Assembly: GCA_905331295.1 (NCBI GenBank)
Contig: CAJNYD010000020.1
Span: forward strand, 62,001-126,000
Length of the DNA stretch: 64,000 nucleotides
Direction of reading: 5' to 3'
From: Rotaria socialis
Lineage: Eukaryota
How positions within the stretch are numbered: position 1 is the first letter of the stretch; each line of letters starts with the position of its first letter. Position numbers and translations under genes: made by a program. The notes beneath the pieces were generated by a model that searched no databases, was not told the origin of the DNA, and worked only from the letters and a program-made list of their open reading frames with translations. Positions 1-13,676 of the stretch are shown one piece after another.

Positions 1-55
1 TTTGTATGTCATCAAATTCTTTTTCTCATTCAATTTATTTTTATTTCATTTACAG

Positions 56-343
56 GAAAAAAATAAAACCAAACAATTGAAATGGTTCGAATGGACAACG
101 CTGTATTCGTTAATATCAATTGATAATGAAATATTCCCTGATGCCATTGTACAAAGTCGTCTTGCTGTTCATCTCATACAAACTATTCAACAAATGAACC
201 ATACGTCTAATCAACAAATGAGTCAATTTATTTTATCACGTGTACAATCATCGCCAGCATTGAAACGAATATTAAAAGAATGTTTAGCATTAACTGCCAA
301 TGACCAAGAACTTCACGCGCGATGTATATCATTGCTTGACTAG
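56..343 (+). CDS. Terminal exon of an unidentified gene entering from the left edge
   Basis: Polypyrimidine tract and tacag acceptor (AG at 54-55), then an open frame EKNKTKQLKWFEW...CISLLD to TAG at 341-343; AATAAA near 416. Confidence 0.5.
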   Translation, partial: EKNKTKQLKWFEWTTLYSLISIDNEIFPDAIVQSRLAVHLIQTIQQMNHTSNQQMSQFILSRVQSSPALKRILKECLALTANDQELHARCISLLD

Positions 344-1119
344 AGAAAGATCTCTTTTTTTTGCTGCCAGATAATTCTTTTGTGTGCTCATATTATTATT
401 ACGAAAACAAAAAGAAATAAAATTCAATGATAGAGTGAGATCTCTTGTCATATACATGTGACGGCAAAATCAAAAATGTTATAAGTCACTCGTGAATTAT
501 GAACTTAGTATTAGAGTTCCGAACAGGTCTACCTTTTGTAGGTCTGACTTCAAAGGAAGGGAGAAAAGTCGATTCCATCCATCCGAGATACATTGACAAT
601 CCAAATGATAAAGTAAAGATGCAGTCGATAGATTGTAGATACGTAGGATATCGTTTGGTAGAAGCGAGAAAATCAAATGGAGAAACGACTGATTTGAAGT
701 CATTTTGGCTACTTCAAAGCGTTATGATGTACTTTTCGACCTGAAGTACACCGTTTACTCTTTGACATCGATATATCATTCAATGGCTCATAGGAACGAT
801 CATACGAAGGAAAAAATGTGTTCGTTCGATGGAGAATTCCAATAAGTCAGGAAAAACTTGTTCTGAGATGCAAGGCTTCAATTTGAGAACTGTGTAGTAT
901 AAGTTTTTTTTGCAAATGATTATGACAACTTCTTCAGCTGAACTGTTTGTTGAAAAAAAATTCGATATCGAAACTGATCATTTATTTCTTATCTATGAAT
1001 AATATCTCAAAATCTGACGACTATCTTTATTCAACCAAATGCGAATCAGCTTCATCGCCGAAGAGAAATTCAATGGAAGAGAATAATCATCGCCAATGCT
1101 TATGATCGTCTGGTATTAG

Positions 1120-2123
1120 CTGGACTGCGATTCGACCTATATTTCCTATAATTCCTATACTTTCAAAAACGTCCTATTTTTGTCCTATATTTTCTTAAAA
1201 ATTCTTATTTTTCCTATATTTTATCGAAAAAAACAGAAAATTTCCAAAAATCTCTTCATTTTTCTATTGTCATCAGACGAAAAAATACTTTTAATGTGTA
1301 TAATCATGTGTTTTGGACAAATTCTTGTATTATTGTGACATTTATTTTAAATAGTATTTTTCCTTTCGCCTATTTAGTGGGTTGACTGAGAAATTGTTTA
1401 ATACTAAGACTAACTAAGCACAAAATACAAAATAGTTCAAAATAGAAAAATATTCACAAAGTGATCATGTACTAGTTTCGGGTTTTTAGTGAAGTTTTAG
1501 TTAGATATAAAAGCTGTATATATATATATATATATACCCCTGGAGAAAATAAGTTTCACTCTGTATTTTGAGGATATTGTTACCAAAAGAATATATTTTT
1601 AAAAAGTAACGGCATATTCTGAAAGCCCGTGAAATTTTACATCATCCTGTGAATATGCATTTTCATTTACACTTATTTATTACCAGAAAAAATTGAGTTA
1701 CGATAAAATACAAAATAAACTTGTGGCAAATAATAAGCGATGAATGCTGATTATCAGAACAATAAAATTAGGTTGAGATTTTTTTGGGAACTTGTGTCCG
1801 TAATCTTGAAACGTCTCCTTTGATTATGAGAAATAGTATTTGTTTTTTCAAATCTTATGATCTACTTTATTGTTATTTATCGATTTGTGAAAAACTTTTA
1901 TAATGATCCTCGAATTAGTGACCTATTTCAGTAGAAAAAATCACAAGAATCTTGGCTACGGTTGAACTGTTTATAACAGCTTCATTAAAACGGCTTTCGA
2001 GCAGAACAGTTAAAAAGCAGCAAAACAATTCAACAGAAACTATGTATAAAACATCCTATATTTTTGACAACCTTGATCCTCTAAGGATTCCTATATTTTT
2101 AAAAAAGTGCAATCGGAGACCAG
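1120..2123. mobile_element. ~1 kb non-autonomous DNA transposon (MITE-like), copy 1
   Basis: Colinear, highly similar copy at 32892-33856. Imperfect terminal inverted repeats (CTGGACTGCGATT ... AATCGGAGACCAG) and repeated subterminal CCTATA motifs. No transposase ORF and no TSD visible for this copy. Confidence 0.8.
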
Positions 2124-2658
2124 GGTGTAATGGCACACTTGTNNNNNNNNNNNNNNNNNNNNNNNNNNNNNNNNNNNNNTATTCAATCACTTATTATAAC
2201 TTATCAAGAGCATATATTCACTAGATCATTCGAACCCATTATTTTGTAACGAGCTTGCTGACTAACTAGCATCTCACAGGGTATTAGCCAAAAGTTACCG
2301 ATAAATTGACTGACACTTGATCTTTACAATTATTATTCAAATAAATAAACCACATCATTGTGATAAAGAAGAAAAAAAGCAGAATGACGTATAGGCAGGG
2401 TTTAGAAAGAACGAGAATCATATTAATCATGACAAAATGACTAAATATATTGAAGAATCCAGCAGAGGGCATAGGCTTCAGTAGGATTAGTTTTTTTTTC
2501 AAAGACAACAGTAAATATTATTCGTTCTAAGATTCACCTATGCAATGCATGTAATTATGTTGTTGTCATAATGAGTGGAGAATAAAAGCGGGGCAGTCGC
2601 CACTACATCAATTTAAATTAATAAACACACATTGATATATCGATCGCCACTCTGGTGT

Positions 2659-4056
2659 ATGGCGCCTTCGACTAGTTTCCTTGTCTGCGTACAGTTCTTT
2701 GCCATTATCTCTATTTCTACTGGTAATCGCATATTCGATGTTGTGATTATCGGAGCCGGTCCAGCTGGCATCGCTGCAGCCATTGATATGAAGAAAGCGT
2801 CAAGTGCAATATCAATGACGATATTAGAAGCACGCAATCGTGTAGGAGGACGAGTCTCAACAGATACACATACATTCATGGGTGGTGTGTCCGTTGATAT
2901 TGGGGCTGAATGGATCCATGGTTACGGGCCGAATAATCCTCTATACAGCCTACATCGACAATTACAAACAAACGAAGATAAACGCGGTGATGACTACTTT
3001 GATTTCTTTGAACCAGAAGTAACTGGATGCTATGATACGACTAGTTCTATCGTATCAAATAAAATCTGTCTGAGAGCACAACAGACTATGAAAAAATTAT
3101 TTTCACCAAAATACAATGCAACTTTGAAACATCGAGACGTTTCCGTTTGGGATATGATACGGCCCGAATACGAGAAAATACCTGAAGGACAACTCAAACG
3201 ACTAGTTGACGCTATGTTAGTTGATAAAGAAGAACACGAAGCTGCTGATCTTAATCGAATCTCTGCCTGGCAACATTTCTTTAGTGATTCACCCGTTGAT
3301 GACGAGGAGGAAAACGGCGAAGATATGGCATTACAAAGAGGATATGGATCGTTGATTCAACGAATAGTCGAGAGATTCGCATTACCGATTCAATTGAATA
3401 CTGAAGTAAGTTATATCGTCACCAGTGCCTCGAATCGTGCTCAAATCTTAACGAAAAATGGTGAAATTATTCAAGCAAAATACATCCTAGTTACTGTTCC
3501 ATTAGGTTGTCTGAAACAGAAAACGATTTCATTTGAACCACCTCTACCCCAATGGAAACAGAATGCAATTGATGTTATGGGTTTTGGTGATACGGACAAG
3601 ATTATTTTACAATTCGATAAAACATTCTGGAATTCGAAGTTGACTACATTCTATATAGCTGGTGCATCCTATCCATTTGCTGTTAGTGCTCCTAAGAAGC
3701 GTATTCTTGTATTTATGATCGGTGGAACACGTGCTCGTCGTATGGAAGCATCCAGAGATGAAGATACGATTGCGACAATTCTTAATGATTTAAAACGAGC
3801 ATTTCCTAATCAAAATTTCAAACTAGAACGGTATCGAATATCACGATGGACACTAGATCCGTATGCTCGTGGTTCCTATTCCTATGATGCATTCAATACA
3901 ACATTAGAAACATTCGAGACTTTGGCTAGAGAATGTTGTCATAATCAATTGTTTTGGGCTGGTGAACATACTAGTTCGGGTGGTTCCGTACATACAGCTT
4001 TTGCTACGGGCCAACGTGCAGCGAAAACAATTTTACAGCGACTGAAAATAAACTGA
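2659..4056 (+). CDS. Secreted FAD-dependent amine oxidase (polyamine/monoamine oxidase family), intronless
   Basis: Rossmann GAGPAG motif, LEARNRVGGRV, DIGAEWIHG, VTVPLGCLK, RWTLDPYARGSYS, FWAGEHT...GSVHTAFATGQRAA. Hydrophobic N-terminal signal after the ATG at 2659. Confidence 0.9.
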   Translation: MAPSTSFLVCVQFFAIISISTGNRIFDVVIIGAGPAGIAAAIDMKKASSAISMTILEARNRVGGRVSTDTHTFMGGVSVDIGAEWIHGYGPNNPLYSLHRQLQTNEDKRGDDYFDFFEPEVTGCYDTTSSIVSNKICLRAQQTMKKLFSPKYNATLKHRDVSVWDMIRPEYEKIPEGQLKRLVDAMLVDKEEHEAADLNRISAWQHFFSDSPVDDEEENGEDMALQRGYGSLIQRIVERFALPIQLNTEVSYIVTSASNRAQILTKNGEIIQAKYILVTVPLGCLKQKTISFEPPLPQWKQNAIDVMGFGDTDKIILQFDKTFWNSKLTTFYIAGASYPFAVSAPKKRILVFMIGGTRARRMEASRDEDTIATILNDLKRAFPNQNFKLERYRISRWTLDPYARGSYSYDAFNTTLETFETLARECCHNQLFWAGEHTSSGGSVHTAFATGQRAAKTILQRLKIN

Positions 4057-7000
4057 ATTATTGAGCTAATAATAATTTATTAAAGACTACTTTTACTGTT
4101 TTGATCATTCAAATTTTGAAGCATTTTTTGTTTCGCAGAAGTTGAATATCAGAATTTTAAAAAAAGTTGCTCTTTTCTCATAATAAAGATGGCGTACCAA
4201 TTTATTTGACAAATATAACAAAAATAACGAAGTCATTGTTTTTGTTCGTTTTTGAGTAAATGACTTATAGGGGGACTTTTGGCTGCAACTTTATGTATAT
4301 TCCTTTCGTTCGTCAGCTAACCTAGCAACAACGATATCCAATACTTGTGATCGTTTAATGTGAAATTTTATTCAAACAGATATTTTATACTTGTAAACTT
4401 AAATCATTTGCTTGAAATTATCTTTTTATCTTCTTGCATCAGCTGTTTCGTTCATACCGTCTCATGAGAATGAACGATACGATGTGTTAAAAACTAAATT
4501 GCATATTCTTATTTTAGCACATCTATTGTCTTCAATCGATAAGGTTGATTCTATTGTGTTAGTATTAAGTTTCAATGTCAATTTCAATATAAATATATTT
4601 TGGTACGTGAATCTTTTAATATGCACATTATCTTAGAACTAAATTATTGTTTTTAATATCTTATCATACTATCTTCAACCATAAATTAAGCTCTTCAACA
4701 GAGTCAATCAAGAGAAAGTTGAGTAAAAATTATTCTTAAATAAATACGATGCGATATCTATGTACTACATAGATAATTCAATATGTCGTTGATATTAAAT
4801 TCATGTAACATTCAAAACTAAATTTATTCATTTCGTGTAAACCACTAGTTTATTCGTTGCATGAATAGTCGTAATCAATTTAGAAGAATAAAAACTGACA
4901 ACAAATGAATTTGTTCATAAATTTTAAACGACTGTCATTTTTTTGTGCATTTACATTCTTTTTCTACGGATTCCTAATATCCAATATTGATAGTGAACTA
5001 CTTGAAGATAAGCACGATGATGAAACCTATGAGTGTCGCTCGTAAATCACATCATTGTCTTTTCTCCTAATTAAAGGGTCATTCCATTATCTTTTTCGTT
5101 CGTTTTATTTCGATGGTTGCTAATGATCCACGTAATGAATGCGATTTTTGCTCTTGTCAAAACGATGTAGGATTACGTTTCAAGTAGATTGAGATAGGCA
5201 CAATCGATAGTGATCGTTTCCGTACTCGTGTCATATAGAAGTGTCGATACTCGAGTCGCGTGTTTGTTCACTTTTTTGTCATGGACACTTAGTGTGATCG
5301 ACAAGAGAGCAAATGAAACGTTGCATCTTTACGTCATAGTGCTATATCCTCTTGAGTTATCAGCTAACGATGCACGACTAAAATCCCTCGATGCATTGGA
5401 TCACCAAATAAAAAGTTCAACTTAATTTTTTTGTCAATATGTGCTTTGGGAATTAACGGTTAATAAAAGAGAAAAAAACAAGAAAGATAAAAAAAGGTGT
5501 TTTTTAAAAAACGATTTATTTCTCTCAATATATATATATATATATATATGATCAAGTAGTACTACACTTTGATGATGAACGTATGTGATGAAAAAATAGA
5601 AGAAGAAGAAGAAGAAGAACAGACGGTATCTTCGCTTGCTCTTGTAGACAAGATGTTCATCGTTATTTCCTTTTTTATTTTATTTCTTCATCATCATTTC
5701 AAGTGTCTGATGCCGACAAACATTTTGACTTTTTCCTTTATAGTTTTTGTTTGAACATCGAACAGATTGTCAATTTACACAGACACGCGCACATATGTAT
5801 ATTCTAGTGTTTGCAATAAGGGTTTCTTCCTCTTTTCGCGTTTTGACTGTTTTTCAAGAGAGTCAAAAGACAACAACACCATTTTTCACACCTCATTCAA
5901 CGTGTGCTAATCAGCATAAGAAGAAAAGATAGAAAGGATACAGACGAAGATCGAAATCGAATCAAACTGTCTTTTCATCTTGATTTATGAAAATGTCAAT
6001 AAAAAGAAATAGGCACGCGTCAAACGGAATCCGTTACTCTGTCATACAAGCGTGAATCACTGTTCATTTTTCGTCTATGTTTATTTATGTCATCAATTTT
6101 AAAAAGAAAAGAAAATTGTGTAAGATTTGTGTATTCTTTCTTTGAACTAGCTGATTTGTTGAAATTAAATCTTTATATTACTTATTCTGAATATTGTCGT
6201 AATAATCGCATTGACTTTGAATAAAACCCCCGGTAGGCATTGTACAATATGTATGTTAAAAATTCACACCTTTCATCTTGTCTAATTATTGAGTCTCTTT
6301 TAAACTGAACACAATAACAACATTTGATACTCACACGGCCCTGTCAAGATAAAGATAAAACTTATCTATACACAGTAAACGATCGTTAGTGATTAACGAA
6401 TAAATACACAAAACATAAACAGGAAATTTTTGATTTTTTTTCTTCCTTGGGATATGCGATGCTGTCCAATTAAACATCCATTCCCCAACATGGTGAAAGA
6501 AAAAAATATAGATCATTAAGCAAGTATAATACCTTTATGACTTTTTTCCCAACAGGTATCATACGAGTGAACTACCTCACGGTTCCACCCATCTCGGTGT
6601 GTGATTCCATTTTATTCAATGATGATAAATTAGTGTATCATGTAGACACATAGAACCAGCTGTGTAAAAGACAAATTAGTAGTGTGGTATATCGGAAAAG
6701 AGTGAGAGTACGAACAATTAGTTATCGTTCGTTGTCTGTTGATGATTGAATCAACGGAGATAGACTCGAAAATTTAACATATATGTTTAATGAATGAATA
6801 ATTCAATAGATTTACGAATCCTAAAAATGAATAGAAGAAATTTATTTTTGTCACTGAAACCAAATTATTCAAGCAACGAGAACAATAACATGATGAAATC
6901 ATCAATTAATAGAAAAAACAACGACAAGAATGAACATGAAAGATCTTGTATTTTTTTAAATTCTAAAAATTTGTTTAACTTTTTTATTTTATTTTTTTAT

Positions 7001-8854
7001 CAAAAGAAAAGTAATACTACTCGTTGTTTTCGATTTAAGATCATTTGGCGATCAATTATTTCTAACACATTTGTTTGATACAAGCGGGATGCACGGCTGT
7101 GTACACCTTTTAATTTAGCTGCATGACACTTCGTTTTTATTCTTCTTTAAAAAAAAGAAATGTACATTTCTTTACTTCCACTTAAGTTGTGACTCAACTG
7201 GCTTTAACAAATTAGTCTTCTCACCGTTATGTTATTGTTGATCGTTTCTATTCTTTCTCATGCTTGATAATCACTCTCGTCCCGCCTTTCACAAGCTTTT
7301 CTTTTGTCCTCTGGCATCGTTACCAAACCAGTTTTCATTGTTCATTTTTTGAAGGTCGATTAAGATGCCCAGTGGGCAAAAGTCTACTATTCTGTCTTAG
7401 AAAGTAAAATAGAATAAAAGCAAAGGAGAATGTCATTAGATTCATGATGTCATTTAATTGGCAAGCACTTATCTTCGACATTCAATATCGAATGATCTCA
7501 ACTGGAATAATCTTTTAGCTTGAACAGACTTCATTGTAAATATGATAAACTCAACGTTTTTCTTTTTTGCTTTTGTTTCTCTTCTATTTTATTTAATACC
7601 ATACTTTAACAGACAAAAAATGCAAATGGGGGTGATGATCAAGTTTGATTTTCAGATTAAACGCCTCCTCCTATTGTTCATATGCATTCAGGCGAAGCCT
7701 ATGTATACACACACACACACATATAAACTTTTATGCAATCATCACGTATAATGTATATATGTTGACCATGATTTTGAATCAAACCTTATTTATTTGTACA
7801 TATTGAATACAAAAGAAAAAGAAAACGTTTCATTTAGCAATCGGATGTTGAAATACAGCTAATTTTGAATATCATGAATAAAATACATTGGAATTAGCCA
7901 AAAAAAAACAATAACGAAAAAGAGAAGGAGGGTTCACTAGATTAACGAAAAACAACTGTTTCACTCTTGTTAACGCCTCAAGTCGAAATTAGGCATGTGG
8001 ATCAGATCTTGATAGTAGAGATTGTGTCAGAATGATATCGATCAAAAAATCTTGTTTTTATCCTATCACACCTTTTTTCGGCACTCAAAATCTATTGGTT
8101 AAAATATAAATGAAAAGAATAATTGAAAGAAAACGAATCTAAATTGATAGACCAAATTTTCTCTTCCGTTTTCTCTCTCTCTCTCTCTCTCCCTTTCTCC
8201 TTGTGTCTGTCTCTCTCGACGATTGGTCGATTGCATGTTTTCTCTACCAATTGTTCACACTTTCTTTTAAATATAAAGACCATCACTTCATCTACAATCC
8301 TTAGTACATACATCCAAAGTACAAAATACAAAACATGAAATTCTGCTGCACAAGTTCGATCAATTCGAAACAACAAGTAAGTTACATAACATGACTTTAA
8401 ACTATATAGATAGTCAAAAAGAAAATTCACAGTTAGCAACACGAGAGTCTTATTGAAAGGACAGTTTTGAACTTTTTCTTTCAAAACTTCAATATTATGT
8501 CTTATCCCTTGCATAGATATGTAACGAAGTCGATGAATACTGATAGATATTTTGAACGTTTCAGTTTTGTTGTTTCTATTAAAAACTAATTTCTATTTGT
8601 GTGCATGTGAGAAAAAAAAACGAATATATTTCGTGTGCATGATATTTCTACTTTTAAAGACAGACTAAATGGTTCATTGAAGCACAACATGATCATAGAA
8701 GTTATAATTTGTTTTTCTTGTTGTTGTTTTCTATGAGTATTAATCTATTTTTCTACTTGAAATATTCATCTTATTTGATCTTATTCTTTTCATAGAAATC
8801 ATTGAATAAAAACAATGAAAAGAAACTAAAAAAAACAAAAGAGAAAATATATTC

Positions 8855-8885
<31 letters not shown>

Positions 8886-8900
8886 ATTTACTGTACAAAT

Positions 8901-10282
8901 ATGTCAATAGGAAATAATATGAAAAAATCTGATAGTGGCTTTTCTGAAACAGCAACAACCTTATCATCAATGCAACAATCGGAATCATTGCTTGAGCAAA
9001 TTCTTTCATTTGAAAAAATCTACTATGAAAATTTAAAACAATATATTATTAAATATTCGCGACCTTTAAGACGTTATCTAAATCCGGATGAAATTGTAGA
9101 TCTCTTTCAAAATATTGAAAAAGTAAAATTTTTGAAAATCTAAAATAGTAATTCTTCATAGATTTTCTCTACTAGATTTCGGCCATATCAGATTCAATTG
9201 TTCGTCAATGTGAAAAATTATTTGATACAGAAAATGTATCAAATATACCGATTTCACTTATCTATCAATCATGGGTATAAATTGAAACCTTGAGAGAAAA
9301 ACAGTATTTTCATAGATTTCCTTTTTTTTTTCATAGTCTGGTGTGATGATTGATTCTTATAATTCATATTTATCTCGCAGTGTACAAGCTCATACGACAT
9401 TAAAACAATGTCAAAATAAAATTGCCTATTTTCTTCAAGTAAGCATTGAAATAATTAATGAATGAATACTGATTAATCAAGAATAATTCTCTAGATTCCA
9501 ATGGAGTATATTTCACGAGAAATATCTGAGTTTATTCTCTTACCTATTCGTCATATCTGTCTTCTCAGTGATTTATTTCAATCAGAAATTATTGCTAATT
9601 CACTTGTTATAAATGGTGTTGATCGAAAAATTATTGAAGGTATGAAAAGAAAAGAAAACATCGATTAATATATTGTTTTTTCTCTTCCTGTTGGTTAGAC
9701 ATAAGACTTCTAGCACTACAAGCTAATGTCATTCTTCAATCATCATGTGCTAATCAACATGATAGTACAATATCTACATTAGAATCGTCAGTATATTGTG
9801 CACCGAATGTGACACTTGAAACATCACAAGATACAACTCTACAATCAGAAATCACCTCAACTATTGTTCTTCAACGTACTAATAAGGAACCATGGGAACC
9901 GGTAGGTTAATTTTGCTTGAAAAACGCAAACATTCAATTCATAAACTATTTCGTTTTTCTTTTACAGAAACGACTTGAATTATCAGATTCAAAACTTTTA
10001 TTTATTCGCATTGATCGAACAGATATTCGTTCGTCACTCACAACAAGTGTCTGTTTGGCAAATGTTGTTCATATACAAGAAGATCGTTCAAATGAAGAAC
10101 TACGTTTGGTAGTAGCTGCAACGGCGAATAAGTCATCGAAGCATTCATCTGTAAAAATGATTCGTGTACATGTACGTTTTGAACATACAAATGAGTATTC
10201 TCTTTGGTTTCATCATTTATCACATGCTATTCAACAAGCAAAAGATCAAAGTTGGTCAAAGAAAAATGAACTTGTCATTTAA
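8901..10282 (+). CDS. Multi-exon DH (RhoGEF)-PH-like protein
   Basis: Exon 1 EQILSFEKIYYENL...IVDLFQNIEK and exon 2 ISAISDSIV match DH helices; a later exon gives FILLPIRHI (LxxPxQR-like); the last exon is PH-like (YSLWFHHLSHAIQQAK). Short GT-AG introns. Start codon uncertain. Confidence 0.7.
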
Positions 10283-11699
10283 CATGAACTAATGCCCGTG
10301 TTGTGTATGTGTGCTTTATTTGTAACTATTTTTTAATTTAAACAAATAAAATAAAATTACGTCTGATTTATTTGTAAAAGTTCTTAAAAAAAATTAAAAA
10401 TAAACGATGAATATTTGGATGTAATTAAAACTTGAACTGTTTCTTGCGAATACAATTCTATGGAACTTTAACAGAAATATTATCATAGTAGCACTGTGAT
10501 AATCTTGATGTAAATTTTGATGAAGTAATATAGATTAGTTTTTTTTTCAAACAATATGCAAACGTTGCCTGGACTATTAACTTACGGTTGAAGACATGTC
10601 AAAACGATGAGGCTTCAATTTAGATTCCATATAAATTTGAAAATATTACTTTTGTACTCTAAAATTAATTATGGTACGGAAAGAAATAGAGAAAAGAAAT
10701 CTCTCATGACGCCTTTATTGAAACGCTATGCTTGTTCTGCTTAGCATTATCATAATATGATCTTTTCTTCTTTGATAGCGAATCTTAGTAATATAAAAAA
10801 GGTTTCACTGTAGGTAATTATTTCTTTTATTTTTTGATTTTGGAATTAGGTTTTGAAGGAATATGAAAAAAAAGAGTGCTTGTGTAAGTAGAGCAGTGTT
10901 TTCTTGAAAGCTTTTTTTTAAGATAAAGAGCTTGCCAACTTAGACATTTATAAATTATAAAACAACAGTATTCATGATGCTATGAATCTTGTCACAAGTC
11001 TTTTTCAACAAATAAAATGTGAGTAGAAAAAAAAGGATTATGACAGAATTTAGGATGAAAAAGTAGCTGCTTTTGATTTATTTTTCTGTAGAATATTCTT
11101 CCATAATTTTATGTTGAAAAGCTGAAAAGTTTTCATCAAAATGATTTCATTATATGCCACGCATTTCTTAGAAAGCTCATGACATTTAAAAATCTACATA
11201 TAGTAGTTTTAGATCAATTTTCAAGGATAATTTCAACAAATTTCTTACATTACTACATTTGAAAATGAAAAAGCTTATGGCCTATGATAAATCTTGTTTC
11301 CTTTGGAAATTCAAGATGCGTCACTGATATAATTGTGCCGTATATTCACGATAAAATATTGTTTCTTAGCTGGTGCTGCCATCTATGAGAGACCAAAATT
11401 AAGAATTTACTTAATCTGAATCCCTAGATTTAAAATATCAGTATATTAAAATAATAAAAATTTGATAAACGCAATGTGGAGACTAAGTATTATGTTGATG
11501 TGTGTACACCAATTAGACTCGACATAAATTGTTTACGAATTCGATTCCAGTGAATACGCGTTAACATCCGTGGTTCGTTCGAAATTGGATAAAATAATAT
11601 AACTTATTTCTTCAAGGGAGTGAAAAAAAACTATCATCGTTTTTTTTTCTATGATAATTTTAGATCATCAAAAGATTCCATCAGGGTCAAACGACTAAA

Positions 11700-12880
11700 A
11701 TGACATCGGGTTATTCTGTACTCCAATTGAAAGAGGATGATGTACTTAAGATACTTGCAGCTCAACTTCATATTGGATCCAAAGATGTTGATTATCAAAT
11801 GGCTACATACGTTTGGAAAAAAAAACCAAAAAATGAAGGTTCATATTTAACTCAGTATTTTTATTTTCACATAATCAGTTTTATTGATTTAATAGGTTCA
11901 TCAGTTATCAATATCCGTAAATTCTGGGAGAAACTTGTCTTAGCTGCTCGTGCAATTGTCGCTGTTGAAAATTCGGCTGATGTTTGTGCCATATCATGTC
12001 AACCACAAGGTAAAGATAATAGTAAAAGAAGAAAATTTATTTTTATTATTGTCTAAAAATTAGGCCAACGTGCCGTATTGAAATATGCGAAATACACGGG
12101 TGCTACAGCTATCGGTAAGAAAAAGAAAATAAAAACAAATAAATAAATTTAATAATCTTGGTCTTCTTTTTTTTTTCTTTTCCAAAAGCTGGTCGTTTTA
12201 CACCCGGTTCATTTACAAATCAAATTCAAGCAGCTTTCAAAGAGCCTCGTCTGATTATTCTTACGAATCCAATTGTTGATCATCAAGCTGTTACTGAAGC
12301 ATCATTTGTTAACATCCCAGTTATCGCTTTTTGTGATCCGTCAACAAATCTTCGTCATATTGATATCGCTATTCCATGCAATAACAAGGTAACTAAAATA
12401 AATGTCGAATTACTTCAATCCTATTTTTCTATTTCAATAGGCTAGTAAATCAATTGGTCTTATGTGGTGGTTTTTAACACGTGAAGTACTTCGATTACGT
12501 GGTGAAATTAATCGACAAGCACCATGGGATGTTATGGTCGATTTATTCTTCTATCGTGATCCTGAAGAGGTAAAATAAAAAATATACTATACATAATGAA
12601 AAAATATGTATATCTTTTTAAGACTGAAAAAGAAGATCAAACTGGCCCAAGTGCTCAAGATCGTGACACAAAACAACATGCAGCCGATTATAACTATTAT
12701 GACGATGGCCCATCGATGATGCCTGCCGCCGAAAATTTCGCAGGTAATCAAGACAACTGGGGTGCATCAGCAAATGATAATTGGGGTGTTACTGGCGCTG
12801 CAACAGGCACTGCTGAAACAAACGAGTGGACACAGGCAGCAGCTGCTCCAGTCACCACCGGTGTTACAAGCGGCTGGTGA
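11700..12880 (+). CDS. RPSA: 40S ribosomal protein SA (uS2), 6 exons
   Basis: [81 protein letters not shown]. Exons 11700-11838, 11896-12009, 12064-12114, 12189-12388, 12441-12569, 12623-12880. Confidence 0.98.
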
Positions 12881-13676
12881 TTCATGTTAGAAAACAAAAT
12901 AAAATTAACAAATTTGTTGTTTTTCTAAGCATCATAAAGCTTATGTACAAGAAAGAAGAACTTTGTTACTACAATGAACAGCAACATCAGTCACAGTAGT
13001 AGCAGTACAGTGTTATATCGTTGGGCTTATATTAAATAAAAACCAAAAAAAAAGAAATACATAAAATATTTAATTATTTTTTCCCTTCTATCAGAGCTAA
13101 GTGATATTTATCGAATTTTTCCTGTTATATGAGGGAGAATATAAACAATGGTACACTGCATAGTTTCATGCTTAACTTGTGTTGTTGACGTACTTTAACA
13201 TAAATAGAGAAACAGAAATTAAGACAGAGAACAAGAGCGAAAAAGAAATACAAATACATAGCGAAGAAGGCAGCTTTGGTGTTAGAAAATGACGAGAGAA
13301 TGAGCATGTTTGACTATTCCGTTCTCTTGCTTTATTCTGTTATTGCGTTAAGACACACGTAGATGCTTATTATACTTACAATGCAAACAGGTGTTGCTAC
13401 GAGAACTTGATGTCCATAGTGCAAGTGAGTGTCAACATATCGGAGTTGATGAAATTTTGTTATAATGAAAAAACAAGATAAAAACTACCATTTGGTAGAC
13501 GAACAACAAACGAAAAACATCATGCTTGATGAATGTAAGGCTTGAATAGTATATATCAAATGGAAAAGAAAACGACAGCAAGATGAAACATGACAAAATA
13601 AATTTTTTGAAGCGCTTTAGTTTTTTTTTCTAGATTTGTTGATTTTTATTATTATTATTTATTAATCTATTTCAAA

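Noticed and set aside
499..1119. Short ORF and coding-like fragments
   Set aside because: No recognisable motif or splice structure; possibly a decayed gene but unsupported.
6794..7078. Asn/Lys-rich ORF
   Set aside because: Explained by AT-rich composition; the alternative frame has several stops.
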